In this document: in pieces, positions 30,834 through 39,391 of the stretch
How the letters are laid out: each line of letters starts with the position of its first letter
How positions within the stretch are numbered: position 1 is the first letter of the stretch
Source of the DNA: Candidatus Latescibacterota bacterium
GTDB lineage: Bacteria > Latescibacterota > UBA2968
Length of the DNA: 64,000 nt
Assembly: GCA_965207885.1 (NCBI GenBank)
Contig: OZ242311.1
Coordinates: 896,001 to 960,000, forward strand
Reading direction: 5' to 3'
Translations under genes and position numbers: made by a program
The notes under the pieces: model-generated
What the model saw: only the letters and a program-made list of their open reading frames with translations
What the model was told of the DNA's origin: nothing
The model's database searches: none

Positions 30834-31556
30834 GTGTTTGATTATCGCGAGTCCGATGTCAACGCACGGGACCCCGATAGTGGTCGGACGCCGCTACACT
30901 TTGCGGTAGAGAATAGTGATTGTGAAGTGGTTGAGCAATTGCTTGAGCGGGGTGCCGATGTCAATGTGCAGGAAAAAACTGGCAATACGCCGCTACACTT
31001 TGCGGCGATTGGCAATGCTTCTGAAGTGGCCGAGTTATTGCTTGAGCGGGGTGCCTATGTCAACGCACAGGATAGTGGTGGTACGACGCCGCTACACAAT
31101 GCGGCGATTGGTAATGCTTCTGAAGTGGCCGAGTTATTGCTTGAGCAGGGTGCCGATGCCAATGTGCAGGATAGTGGTGGCACGACGCCACTACACAATG
31201 CGGCGATTAGTAATGCTTCTGAAGTGGCCGAGTTATTGCTTGAGCAGGGTGCTGATGTCAATGTGCGGGATGTGGTTGGCAATACGCCGCTACACAATGC
31301 GGCGAGTAATAATGCTTCTTCTGAAGCAGCTGAGGTATTGTTGGACCATGGTGTCGATGTCAATGTGCAGAATAATGATGGCAATACGCCGCTGGACCTG
31401 GCGAGGCGAGGAGACGCTTCTGAAACAGTGGAACTGTTGCTTAACCGTGGTGCTATCACTTCAACGCAACCCAAAAACCGTCGCGTGGGCGTGATTATAG
31501 GCGTGATTATTCTCTTGTTTCTATGTTTTATGATATTTGTTTTAGTCAGCCCATAG
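30834..31556 (+). CDS. Ankyrin repeat protein (6 repeats) with C-terminal TM anchor
   Basis: Six G.TPL(H/D) repeats with 99-nt DNA periodicity; terminal VGVIIGVIILLFLCFMIFVLV; AAGGAGG RBS. Confidence 0.92.
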   Translation: MFDYRESDVNARDPDSGRTPLHFAVENSDCEVVEQLLERGADVNVQEKTGNTPLHFAAIGNASEVAELLLERGAYVNAQDSGGTTPLHNAAIGNASEVAELLLEQGADANVQDSGGTTPLHNAAISNASEVAELLLEQGADVNVRDVVGNTPLHNAASNNASSEAAEVLLDHGVDVNVQNNDGNTPLDLARRGDASETVELLLNRGAITSTQPKNRRVGVIIGVIILLFLCFMIFVLVSP

Positions 31557-31571
31557 CATAGCGGTAACAAA

Positions 31572-32345
31572 TTAAAAAATAGACGCCATCCATCCGCCAT
31601 CCACGGGCAGGGCTGTGCCAGTGATCCAGGCGGCGGCGTCCGATGCGAAGAATACCGCGGCGTTGCCGATGTCCGATGGCAAGCCCAGGCGAGGCAGTGG
31701 GGTTTTTACCCGGCAGTCTTCAATTTCCTGTGGTGTGAGATAATCCTGTATGGGCGTTTCGATGTAGCCCGGGCAGATGGCGTTGACGGTTGCGCCAAAG
31801 GGAGCCAGTTCCAGGGCGGTGTCTCGCGTGAGGTTGACGACGCCGGCTTTTGATGCGGCATACGCTGGTCCTCCGCCACCGCCAAATGACTGTACAGATG
31901 CGATGTGGATGATTCTGCCGGATGGTTTTTTGAGGTGTGGCATGGCGAGTTTGCTGGCGACATATAGTGCCCGAAGGTTTACGCCCATGACTGTGTCGTA
32001 GTCGGCGATGGTTGTTTCTTCTATGCCGCCAGGTATTGTGATGCCGGCGTTGTTTATTAGGATATCCAGTTTGCCAAATTCGGAGACGGATCGTTCGATC
32101 AGATTGCGTACCGCTTCGTCATCCGATACGTCGGTTTGTACAAAGATCCCTTTTCCCCCGAGTTTTTCTATTTCTTCTACGGTAGAAGTGGTCAGGTCAG
32201 TGTCGTGATATATGCCCTTTTTGGGTGCTTCTTGTATATCGGCTACTGCCACACTTGCGCCTTCTCGTGCCAGTGCCAGTGCTATGCCCCGCCCAATGCC
32301 AGAGCTTGCGCCTGTGACGATTGCCACGCGGTCTTTGAGTGTCAT
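31572..32345 (-). CDS. SDR family oxidoreductase (FabG-like)
   Basis: TGASSGIG, NNAG, YAASK, PG, VDGG. Confidence 0.93.
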   Translation of the reverse strand: MTLKDRVAIVTGASSGIGRGIALALAREGASVAVADIQEAPKKGIYHDTDLTTSTVEEIEKLGGKGIFVQTDVSDDEAVRNLIERSVSEFGKLDILINNAGITIPGGIEETTIADYDTVMGVNLRALYVASKLAMPHLKKPSGRIIHIASVQSFGGGGGPAYAASKAGVVNLTRDTALELAPFGATVNAICPGYIETPIQDYLTPQEIEDCRVKTPLPRLGLPSDIGNAAVFFASDAAAWITGTALPVDGGWMASIF

Positions 32346-32380
32346 GGTTTCTCCTTGGAAAGGCTCATGCCTATAGAGCC

Positions 32381-32413
32381 GTCATCGCGGTGTGCTTTTG
32401 AGCCGCGATCCAG
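32381..32413 (+). repeat. REP-like palindrome copy
   Basis: GTCATCGCGGTGTGCTTTTGAGCCGCGATCCAG. Confidence 0.9.
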
Positions 32414-32526
32414 AGGTGTTGCCTTTGCCTTTCATCTGCGTAAAACGCTCAAATGAACTGGCCTGATAGGCGGCCAGTTGTACACCGCCCATTCGCGTTT
32501 TTTCTGCGCCATCTGCGGATGCTTTT

Positions 32527-33723
32527 TTAATCCCTCAATACCTCTGCTATCGCGTCACACAATGGCACAATATTGTCCTTTGTCATGCCCGCCACGTTGA
32601 TCCGTCCCGAACTGACGATGTATATTGAAAATTTCTCGCGCAATGCTTCTACTTGCTCGGGGGTCAATCCGGAGAAAGAAAACATTCCTCTCTGGTGTGC
32701 GATAAATGAAAAGTCGCGCCGTACGCCTTTTGTTTCGAGGGTATCCACAAATAGGGTGCGCATGTTGTTGATGCGGTCGCGCATGGCTTTTACTTCGCTG
32801 TCCCATTGTGCCCGCAAGTCGGGGTCGTTGAGGACTGTTGCGACTGCCTGTGCGCCGTGCGATGGCGGGTTGGAATAATTTGTGCGGATGCAGATTTTGA
32901 TGTGGCTCATCACTTTTTCAACGGTGGTGGCGTTTTTTCCCACGAGGGTCAGTGCGCCCGTGCGCTCGCGGTAGAGGCCAAAGTTTTTGGAGAAGGAACT
33001 GGCGACGAGGAGTTCGCAACCGGGTCGGCTGAGAGACAGGAGGCCGATTGCGTCTTCAACGAGGCCATTGCCCAGGCCCTGATAGGCAAAGTCAACGAGT
33101 GGGATGATGCCGCGATCTGCGATGATGTCGGCTATTTGCGCCCATTGCTCGGGAGAGGGATCGACGCCGGTCGGGTTGTGGCAACATCCGTGTAGCAAGA
33201 CGACATCGCCTGCGGGGATTTGCCCGAGGTCCTGGATAAATGCGTCAAAGTCCAGGCCATAAGACGAGGGGTTGTAATAGCGATAGGTTTCTGTGGGTAC
33301 GCCGGCAGATTCAAATATTTTGGGGTGGTTTGCCCAGGTGGGATCACTCAGCCATACGCGGGCATGGGGATAGTGCTGATGAATAAAGTCGCCGGCAATG
33401 CGCAACGCGCCCGTGCCGCCCGGTGCCTGGGCTGTTCCCGCGCGTCCACTGGTGAGTATTTCGTGTTCTGTTCCCCAGAGGAGTTCTTGTACGGCTTTGT
33501 TATACGCTTCGTCGCCTTCTATGCCGAGATAATTTTTGGTGTCTTCATGTGCGAGTAGGCGTTCTTCTGCTGTTTTTACAGAGGCAAATATCGGCGTGTT
33601 GCCGTCGCCGTCTTTGTACACGCCAACGCCGAGGTTTATTTTGTTGGGGTTTGGGTCGTTTTTGAATGCTTCGGTCAATCCTATAATGGGATCCGCAGGG
33701 GCCATTGTCAGCGTTTCAAACAT
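32527..33723 (-). CDS. aspC: Aspartate/aromatic amino acid aminotransferase (AspC/TyrB class)
   Basis: KINLGVGVY, PGGTGAL, PTWANH, HGCCHNPTG, SFSKNFGLYRER, GRINVAG. Confidence 0.9.
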   Translation of the reverse strand: MFETLTMAPADPIIGLTEAFKNDPNPNKINLGVGVYKDGDGNTPIFASVKTAEERLLAHEDTKNYLGIEGDEAYNKAVQELLWGTEHEILTSGRAGTAQAPGGTGALRIAGDFIHQHYPHARVWLSDPTWANHPKIFESAGVPTETYRYYNPSSYGLDFDAFIQDLGQIPAGDVVLLHGCCHNPTGVDPSPEQWAQIADIIADRGIIPLVDFAYQGLGNGLVEDAIGLLSLSRPGCELLVASSFSKNFGLYRERTGALTLVGKNATTVEKVMSHIKICIRTNYSNPPSHGAQAVATVLNDPDLRAQWDSEVKAMRDRINNMRTLFVDTLETKGVRRDFSFIAHQRGMFSFSGLTPEQVEALREKFSIYIVSSGRINVAGMTKDNIVPLCDAIAEVLRD

Positions 33724-33755
33724 TATTTTTCCTTTGGTATTGGATGTTATAGCGG

Positions 33756-33872
33756 CCCTGCTTAAATCATGCAGGGGCAGACTATGGTGTTGTAGGGGAC
33801 GGTTCCCGTATAAAGACATTACGGGACAGGCTCCCGTCTGTCATCGCGGTGTGCTGTTGAGCCGCGATCCAG
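33756..33872. repeat. Mosaic of nested repeats: minus mini-hairpin 33756-33782; GTAG-REP 33792-33842 interrupted by a 28-nt hairpin at 33803-33830; GTCA-REP 33840-33872
   Basis: Read directly; each part matches other copies in the window. Confidence 0.8.
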
Positions 33873-34221
33873 TGGTTTTTGTCGCGAGCAAAGATACATA
33901 TACGCATCGCAAAATGCAAGCCTACGCTTGCTCATTACACGCCACAAAGACCTGAAGACTTACAAGACGTTTTTGCCGCTAACTAATCCCCTCGGCTATT
34001 GTAAATAAAAGTAAGACTTGTTTTTTTTATGTAAGTAATATATTGACTTTTCACAAGATATTGTTAATAAGAGACATAAATTCAATATATCAATATAACT
34101 GTTTTATATATCGTCCATTCCAGGCTATTTTACATATCAGGGGAGTGCGTTGAGCCTGATGCTCTTGATTCTATCTACATAGGAGAGTAGTTTTTCACAT
34201 TCTTTTTGAGGAGTGTTGCTT

Positions 34222-36570
34222 ATGTTTTTGAGAAAAGGATTATTGTTTTTTGCCCTTTTTGGGCTGTTGATATATACAGGAGAAGCGACTGCTGGATCCA
34301 ATGAGAATGCGGTTTTGTCGCTTGATTTGATTGCCGATGGAGGGGCAGACAATCAGATAGATGATGGCGTTACTTCAGGTACAGTGTCTGGACAGGGGAC
34401 AAAAATCGCGGTTGAAGTTTTCGCAAAAGGTGTGACCACGCCGCTGCTTGGTGTGAGAATTGTTTTTGACTTTGATGCGTCTGTTTTGACCTATGTCGGA
34501 GCCAGGAACAGTGTGTTTCTGTTTAGTATTCCACACGAAGTGATTGGTACAAACTTCGCCCCTTCAGAATCTGTAACCTTGTCTCCATCTGGTTTTTTAG
34601 CACGGGCAGAGTTTACCACGGCAGTGGATGTAACGGGGCGAGAGTTTTCCATTGGCATTAAGCGCGTCATATTGGCTGAAAGCCGGACATCAAGCGACTC
34701 GCTTACAACGACAGAGGAGATCGCGTTTAATGCCGCATCTTCTTCTGATACTCCACCTTCTCCCGATTTTGATGGGGATGGTGTGGTTGGTGTTCCGGAC
34801 TTTTTGTTGTTTTTAGATCACTTTGGTTCAAGTCGTAGCGATGGGACATATCGACCGAAGTATGATCTGGATGGCAATGGCGTAATAGGGGTTTCGGATT
34901 TTCTGATTTTTGTAGATAACTTCGGCAAGGAGGTGCCTCCGTCTGATCGTGGTGGCAGTGAGGAGATGGTTTCGATTCTCGATGCGAATTTGCGCGCTGT
35001 AGTTGAGGATAGTCTGGGCAAGGCGAGGGGGGCGCCGATTACCAGGGGTGAGATGGTAACGCTAACCCGTCTTGAAGCTCCGAATGCGAATATCAGCGAC
35101 TTGACCGGGCTTGAGTTTGCAACCGGTCTGACAAGCCTAAATTTTGGTCCACAAGGTTCATCTAACAGCAACTCAATCTCGGACCTCTCGCCGTTGGAGG
35201 GCTTGACCAATCTAAGGAGTCTGAAGCTTCAGCACAACACTATCTCAGATCTTTCACCGTTGTCTGGGTTGACCAGCCTGACAGTGCTGGAGCTTTCCGG
35301 CAACACCATCACGGATCTTTCACCGCTGTCTAACTTGACCAGTCTGACAGTGCTGGAGCTTTCCGACAACTCAATCGTGGATCTTTCACCACTGTCAGGC
35401 TTGACCAATCTAACAACGCTGAATCTTGTCTTCAACTCAGTTGTGGATATTTCGCCACTGTCAGGCTTGACCAATCTAACAACGCTGAATCTTGTCTTCA
35501 ACTCAGTTGTGGATATTTCGCCACTGTCAGGCTTGACCAGTCTAACAACGCTGTTTCTTTCCGGCAATACCATCACGGATATTTCGCCACTGTCAGGTTT
35601 GACCAATCTGACAGTGGTGGGTCTTCAAAACAACTCAGTTGTGGATATTTCGCCACTGTCAGGCTTGACCAATCTAACAACGCTGTATCTTGAGAACATC
35701 TTATCAACTTCCCTAATTCCAGGGCTGGTTCTTTCCAACAATTCAGTCGTAGATATTTCGCCGCTGATAGGTTTGACCAATCTGACGGAGTTGAGGCTTC
35801 AAAACAACTCAATTTCAGACCTTTCGCCTTTGGTTGCAAATACGGGATTGGGGAGTGGAGACAGGGTTGATGTGAGGAACAATCCTCTGAGTGCCACATC
35901 AATCAACACGCACATTCCAACTCTTCACAGCAGAGGGGTTGCGGTGTTGTTTACTTTTGATGATCCAACGCCTGTAAGCATCCCAGACGCGAATCTGCGT
36001 GCTGAGATTGAGGACGCTTTGGACAAGTCGAGCGGTGAGACGATTACCAGAGAGGATATGTCAAATTTAACCAGAGTTAGTGCGGGGAGTGCAAATATTA
36101 GCGACTTGACCGGGCTGGAGTTCGCGACCAATTTGCTTTCGCTGTACCTTTACAACAACACCATTTCAGATGTGTCCGCACTGTCAGGTTTGACCAATTT
36201 GACAAGTCTGACTCTTCGCAAAAACTCGATCACAGATATTTCACCGCTGTCAGGCTTGACCAATCTGAGTTTGCTGAGGCTTGAAGAAAACTCAATTTCA
36301 GATGTATCTGCGCTGTCAGGTTTGACCAGTCTGGAAAGACTGAGGCTTCAAAACAACACAATTTCAGACATATCTGCGCTGTCGGGTTTGACCAATTTAA
36401 CAGGGCTGACTCTTTACAGAAATAGTATCTCTGATCTTTCGCCTTTGGTTGCAAATATGGGATTGGGCAGTGGAGACGAGGTTGATGTGCGGGATAATCC
36501 TCTGAGTGATACATCAATCAACACGCATATTCCAGCCCTTCAGGGCAGAGGGGTGACGGTGCGATTTTGA
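34222..36570 (+). CDS. Secreted internalin-like LRR protein with N-terminal cohesin-like beta domain and EF-hand/dockerin-like pair
   Basis: Signal peptide; DFDGDGVVGVPDF and YDLDGNGVIGVSDF; two blocks of 22-aa LRRs (DLSPLSGLTNL), each capped by GLGSGD.VDVR.NPLS; GAGGAG RBS. Confidence 0.9.
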   Translation: MFLRKGLLFFALFGLLIYTGEATAGSNENAVLSLDLIADGGADNQIDDGVTSGTVSGQGTKIAVEVFAKGVTTPLLGVRIVFDFDASVLTYVGARNSVFLFSIPHEVIGTNFAPSESVTLSPSGFLARAEFTTAVDVTGREFSIGIKRVILAESRTSSDSLTTTEEIAFNAASSSDTPPSPDFDGDGVVGVPDFLLFLDHFGSSRSDGTYRPKYDLDGNGVIGVSDFLIFVDNFGKEVPPSDRGGSEEMVSILDANLRAVVEDSLGKARGAPITRGEMVTLTRLEAPNANISDLTGLEFATGLTSLNFGPQGSSNSNSISDLSPLEGLTNLRSLKLQHNTISDLSPLSGLTSLTVLELSGNTITDLSPLSNLTSLTVLELSDNSIVDLSPLSGLTNLTTLNLVFNSVVDISPLSGLTNLTTLNLVFNSVVDISPLSGLTSLTTLFLSGNTITDISPLSGLTNLTVVGLQNNSVVDISPLSGLTNLTTLYLENILSTSLIPGLVLSNNSVVDISPLIGLTNLTELRLQNNSISDLSPLVANTGLGSGDRVDVRNNPLSATSINTHIPTLHSRGVAVLFTFDDPTPVSIPDANLRAEIEDALDKSSGETITREDMSNLTRVSAGSANISDLTGLEFATNLLSLYLYNNTISDVSALSGLTNLTSLTLRKNSITDISPLSGLTNLSLLRLEENSISDVSALSGLTSLERLRLQNNTISDISALSGLTNLTGLTLYRNSISDLSPLVANMGLGSGDEVDVRDNPLSDTSINTHIPALQGRGVTVRF
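35389..35539 (+). repeat. Exact 66-bp tandem duplication within the LRR gene
   Basis: 35389-35454 identical to 35455-35520, plus a partial third copy. Confidence 0.9.
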
Positions 36571-36645
36571 TGATCGTCGGGTGAGTTGGAGCAGAGATTA
36601 TATCGGGTTTCGGATTGGGTGGGTGGATGATAGCGGTGGTGCGAC

Positions 36646-36667
36646 ACCTGAAATCCGGATTTCAGGT
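36646..36667. repeat. Perfect 22-bp palindrome ACCTGAAATCCGGATTTCAGGT
   Basis: Read directly, downstream of the LRR gene. Confidence 0.8.
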
Positions 36668-36690
36668 CGAGATGAAGCATACAGTATTGC

Positions 36691-36721
36691 TTACCAATGA
36701 TGCTATGAATCGTATCTTTGA
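36691..36721 (+). repeat. Direct repeat copy 1 (TTACCAATGATGCTATGAATCGTATCTTTGA)
   Basis: 29/31 identical to 37927-37957; flanking GTATTGC and ATTGTAATA also shared. Confidence 0.85.
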
Positions 36722-37099
36722 ATATTGTAATACCCACCTGCAGTCGTAGTATCTATTCCAGGTACTGGTCGCAGGGATAAATTTGAAACCTCTCTGTACC
36801 TGTGAGTGTATATACATTGTAGTCTTAATTTGGGGCTTGGACCACACTGAAGCGGGGTGTACAATCTATGGATTGGCCCGCTTTATACCAGACTGCGCCA
36901 GCAAACCGCACCCCGCTCCTGTTTACAATGTAAAATCCACTTTTTTCTGTCGAAAGAATGCCGATTTTTTGTGCGGGTATTTGATGCAATCGGTCCAACG
37001 GAAAAAGCGGTCTATAAATCGCGGTTGAAGACTGTGGAGGCGCGTTTCTATAAGTTCATTTCGAGCGAATCGTTTTGACGGGTTCTGTATTTGTATCGT

Positions 37100-37399
37100 T
37101 TAGCCCGGGTGCATCTGGACCTCTTGATCCAGTCTATCAGCGAGGGCTTCAAGCGTCGTTTCGAGTTCATACCGCGTTTGAAGATTCATCCAGAATTGTG
37201 CTTCCATCCTGAAAAAACGACCCAGCCGTAAAGCTGTATCTGCTGTGATCCCTCGTTTACCATGCACAATTTCATTGATGCGACGCGGTGGCACACCGAT
37301 TGCCTGAGCCAGATGATATTGACTGATCTGCATGGGCTTGAGAAAGTCCTCGAACAGGATTTCACCTGGATGGATGGGTGGAAAATCGCGTTTGGTCAT
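37100..37399 (-). CDS. higA: HigA family antitoxin (XRE HTH)
   Basis: [35 protein letters not shown]. Confidence 0.95.
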   Translation of the reverse strand: MTKRDFPPIHPGEILFEDFLKPMQISQYHLAQAIGVPPRRINEIVHGKRGITADTALRLGRFFRMEAQFWMNLQTRYELETTLEALADRLDQEVQMHPG

Positions 37400-37408
37400 G
37401 GTGTCACC

Positions 37409-37690
37409 TCAATGATAATCAACGATCTCGACATCAAAGGCATTATCATTACGCCAGATAAAGCACACGCGCCACTGATCGTTCACTCGAATGCTATGTT
37501 GTCCCTGGCGGTCCTGACTCAATGCTTCGAGCCGGTTGCCAGGGGGTACGCACAGGGTTTCAAGGACCGTAGCGGCGTTGAGTTGTTCAAGTTTGCGTGC
37601 CGCAACTCGTTGAATATTTTGCGGCAATTTGCGAGAAAATTGGCCGCGAAAGATTTTTTCGGTTTCCTTGTCCTTGAACGATTTAATCAT
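37409..37690 (-). CDS. higB: HigB/RelE family toxin
   Basis: MIKSFKDKETE, PPGNRLEAL, GQHSIRVNDQWRVCF, VEIVDYH. Confidence 0.95.
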   Translation of the reverse strand: MIKSFKDKETEKIFRGQFSRKLPQNIQRVAARKLEQLNAATVLETLCVPPGNRLEALSQDRQGQHSIRVNDQWRVCFIWRNDNAFDVEIVDYH

Positions 37691-37696
37691 ATTTTA

Positions 37697-37731
37697 AGCA
37701 TAACGACTTTCGTTAATAACGGCAAGCATTA
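37697..37731 (-). promoter_or_regulatory. higBA promoter (TTGCCG-17-TATGCT, 6 nt before ATG, so probably leaderless) overlapped by two operator-like palindromes
   Basis: TAACGACTTTCGTTA at 37701-37715 and imperfect TAACGGCAAGCATTA at 37717-37731. Confidence 0.7.
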
Positions 37732-37801
37732 TTAATAGTTGCTGCGGCGCGTATCGGATTTGACGCGCTTTCACTGCGGCTAACCATGAAGGAGAAGTAT
37801 T

Positions 37802-37909
37802 ATGCTTGATTTAAAAGAAGTGATGTCCCCAGCCGGGTGTAGACATCTTTCCTTCTATCGCAAGGAAGTCTTGAGAATCTTAAAAGATCTTCGTAATAAA
37901 AAAGTATGA
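37802..37909 (+). CDS. Putative 35-aa small protein MLDLKEVMSPAGCRHLSFYRKEVLRILKDLRNKKV
   Basis: Below the ORF-track cutoff; AAGGAG RBS before ATG; lies upstream of rtcB. Confidence 0.45.
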   Translation: MLDLKEVMSPAGCRHLSFYRKEVLRILKDLRNKKV

Positions 37910-37926
37910 ATAGGGTATTGCCCTAT

Positions 37927-37957
37927 TTACCAATGATGTTATGAATCGTATTTTTGA
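37927..37957 (+). repeat. Direct repeat copy 2 (TTACCAATGATGTTATGAATCGTATTTTTGA)
   Basis: Immediately upstream of the rtcB RBS. Confidence 0.85.
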
Positions 37958-37972
37958 CTAGAGGATTGTAAT

Positions 37973-39235
37973 ATGGCTAAACAAGTTAAGTTTGTTCCGA
38001 AAATGGCGAATTTAAGTACAGGTGATGGACCTATATTGTATGTGTGGGGCGATGCGGAGGAGGAAGGTGCAATCCAGCAGCTTCAGATGTGTTGTAGCAT
38101 TCAGGATTTTCAAGGTAAGCCTCAAATGAATGTTAAGGGCGCACTAATGGCGGACAATCATATAGGATATTCTATGCCTATAGGTGGGGTTATTGCCTAT
38201 CCGGACAAAGTAAGTCCAAGCGGTGTTGGTTACGACATTGCGTGTGGAAACAAAGCAGTTAAGTTGGACATTCCGCTTTCCTTTGTACACAATCACATAA
38301 GTGAGATTATGGACGAGATTTTTGACAGCGTTTCCTTTGGTTTGGGATTAAAAAATAAGGAAACGCTGGACAATGAATTTAACGCTTTGTTGGACGATCC
38401 TGCTTGGAACATTCCAGTTGTAAACGACCTGCAAGATTTAGCTCGCGAGCAATTGGGCACAGTCGGATCTGGAAATCACTATGTGGATATTTTCCAGGAT
38501 CAGTTATCGGATGTCTGGGTGGGTGTCCACTTTGGAAGTAGAGGATTTGGACACAAAATTGCTACACACTACAGCAAACTTGCTGGCGGTGGTGATGCAA
38601 TGTTTAGTCCTCCCGCGCTGCTGGATATAGATAGTCCGGAAGGGTTGGAATACTACGCAGCAATGCAGTTGGCGGGACGTTATGCGTATGCAGGAAGGGA
38701 TTGGGTGTGCCAAAAAGTGGCGGATATAATTGGCACCGATATTGTGGATGAAGTACATAACCACCATAACTTTACCTGGAACGAAGAACACGGTGGAAGA
38801 CATTATTGGGTTGTGCGAAAGGGTGCAACTCCGCTTTTCCCCGAACAGAGGGCTTTTATTGGCGGAAGTATGGGTGATATTAGCGTTATCGTTACGGGAA
38901 AAGAACACGAATACGCGGAACAAACGCTTTACAGTACCGTTCACGGCGCAGGTCGGGTCATGTCCAGAAGTAAAGCAGCAGGAAAAACGCGGTGGAAAAG
39001 AGGTCGTAAAATTAAAATGCGCGAAGGGGAAATTACGCGGCAAATGATGGAGGATTGGATTCGTCCAATGAGCGTGGAGTTGCGCGGTGCAGGCACAGAT
39101 GAATCTCCTCATTGCTACCGGCGACTACCGGAAGTGCTTGCGTATCACTCCGACACATTGGATGTGGACTACACATTAACTCCGCTCGGTGTTGCAATGG
39201 CACCGGGAGCGACTTTTGATCCATACAAGGATTAG
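37973..39235 (+). CDS. rtcB: RtcB family RNA 2',3'-cyclic phosphate/5'-OH ligase
   Basis: DNHIGYSMPIGG, VGYDIACG, GSGNHY, HFGSRGFG, HN, RKGAT, HGAGR, DESP. Confidence 0.93.
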   Translation: MAKQVKFVPKMANLSTGDGPILYVWGDAEEEGAIQQLQMCCSIQDFQGKPQMNVKGALMADNHIGYSMPIGGVIAYPDKVSPSGVGYDIACGNKAVKLDIPLSFVHNHISEIMDEIFDSVSFGLGLKNKETLDNEFNALLDDPAWNIPVVNDLQDLAREQLGTVGSGNHYVDIFQDQLSDVWVGVHFGSRGFGHKIATHYSKLAGGGDAMFSPPALLDIDSPEGLEYYAAMQLAGRYAYAGRDWVCQKVADIIGTDIVDEVHNHHNFTWNEEHGGRHYWVVRKGATPLFPEQRAFIGGSMGDISVIVTGKEHEYAEQTLYSTVHGAGRVMSRSKAAGKTRWKRGRKIKMREGEITRQMMEDWIRPMSVELRGAGTDESPHCYRRLPEVLAYHSDTLDVDYTLTPLGVAMAPGATFDPYKD

Positions 39236-39261
39236 ACACTATGGACGCGATGTGTGACTTC

Positions 39262-39300
39262 AAAAACGCCCCGGCACAACTATGCTGGGGCGTTTTTTTT
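39262..39300 (+). terminator. Rho-independent terminator after rtcB
   Basis: AAAAACGCCCCGGCA-loop-TGCTGGGGCG followed by T8. Confidence 0.85.
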
Positions 39301-39356
39301 CTGGTGTTGCGGTGTATCCTGTCTATCCTTCCATCCTTCCCATCCTGATCCCGATA

Positions 39357-39385
39357 TTGATTTTCCCACCACCCTGTCGTATCTT
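39357..39385 (+). promoter_or_regulatory. sigma70-type promoter for hpnCDE, probably leaderless
   Basis: TTGATT-17-TATCTT, then 6 nt to ATG 39392; no SD sequence. Confidence 0.55.
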
Positions 39386-39391
39386 CATCTT

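Noticed and set aside
35230-35820. 66-nt, 99-nt and 288/885-nt periodic repeats as CRISPR or DGR repeats
   Set aside because: All are in-frame coding repeats (LRR, ankyrin, FN3) with no unique spacers, and no cas or reverse transcriptase gene is present
36783-37078. ORFs 36783-37028 and 36857-37078 as genes
   Set aside because: No RBS, no recognisable motif, non-ATG starts
36570-37970. Y RNA/tRNA-like element near rtcB
   Set aside because: No GTTCGA-type T-loop or cloverleaf seen, and no Ro60/rsr gene in the window
39315-39350. ATCCT-rich iterations (and AGGATG at 7468-7482)
   Set aside because: Probably another short intergenic repeat family, but too degenerate to delimit from two instances
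39254-39391. N-terminal extension of hpnC (and similar ORF-track extensions of coaE, aspC, exbB, GT2 and several PhyH genes)
   Set aside because: Extensions run through terminators, repeats or neighbouring genes; downstream starts fit the RBS/promoter and family N-termini better
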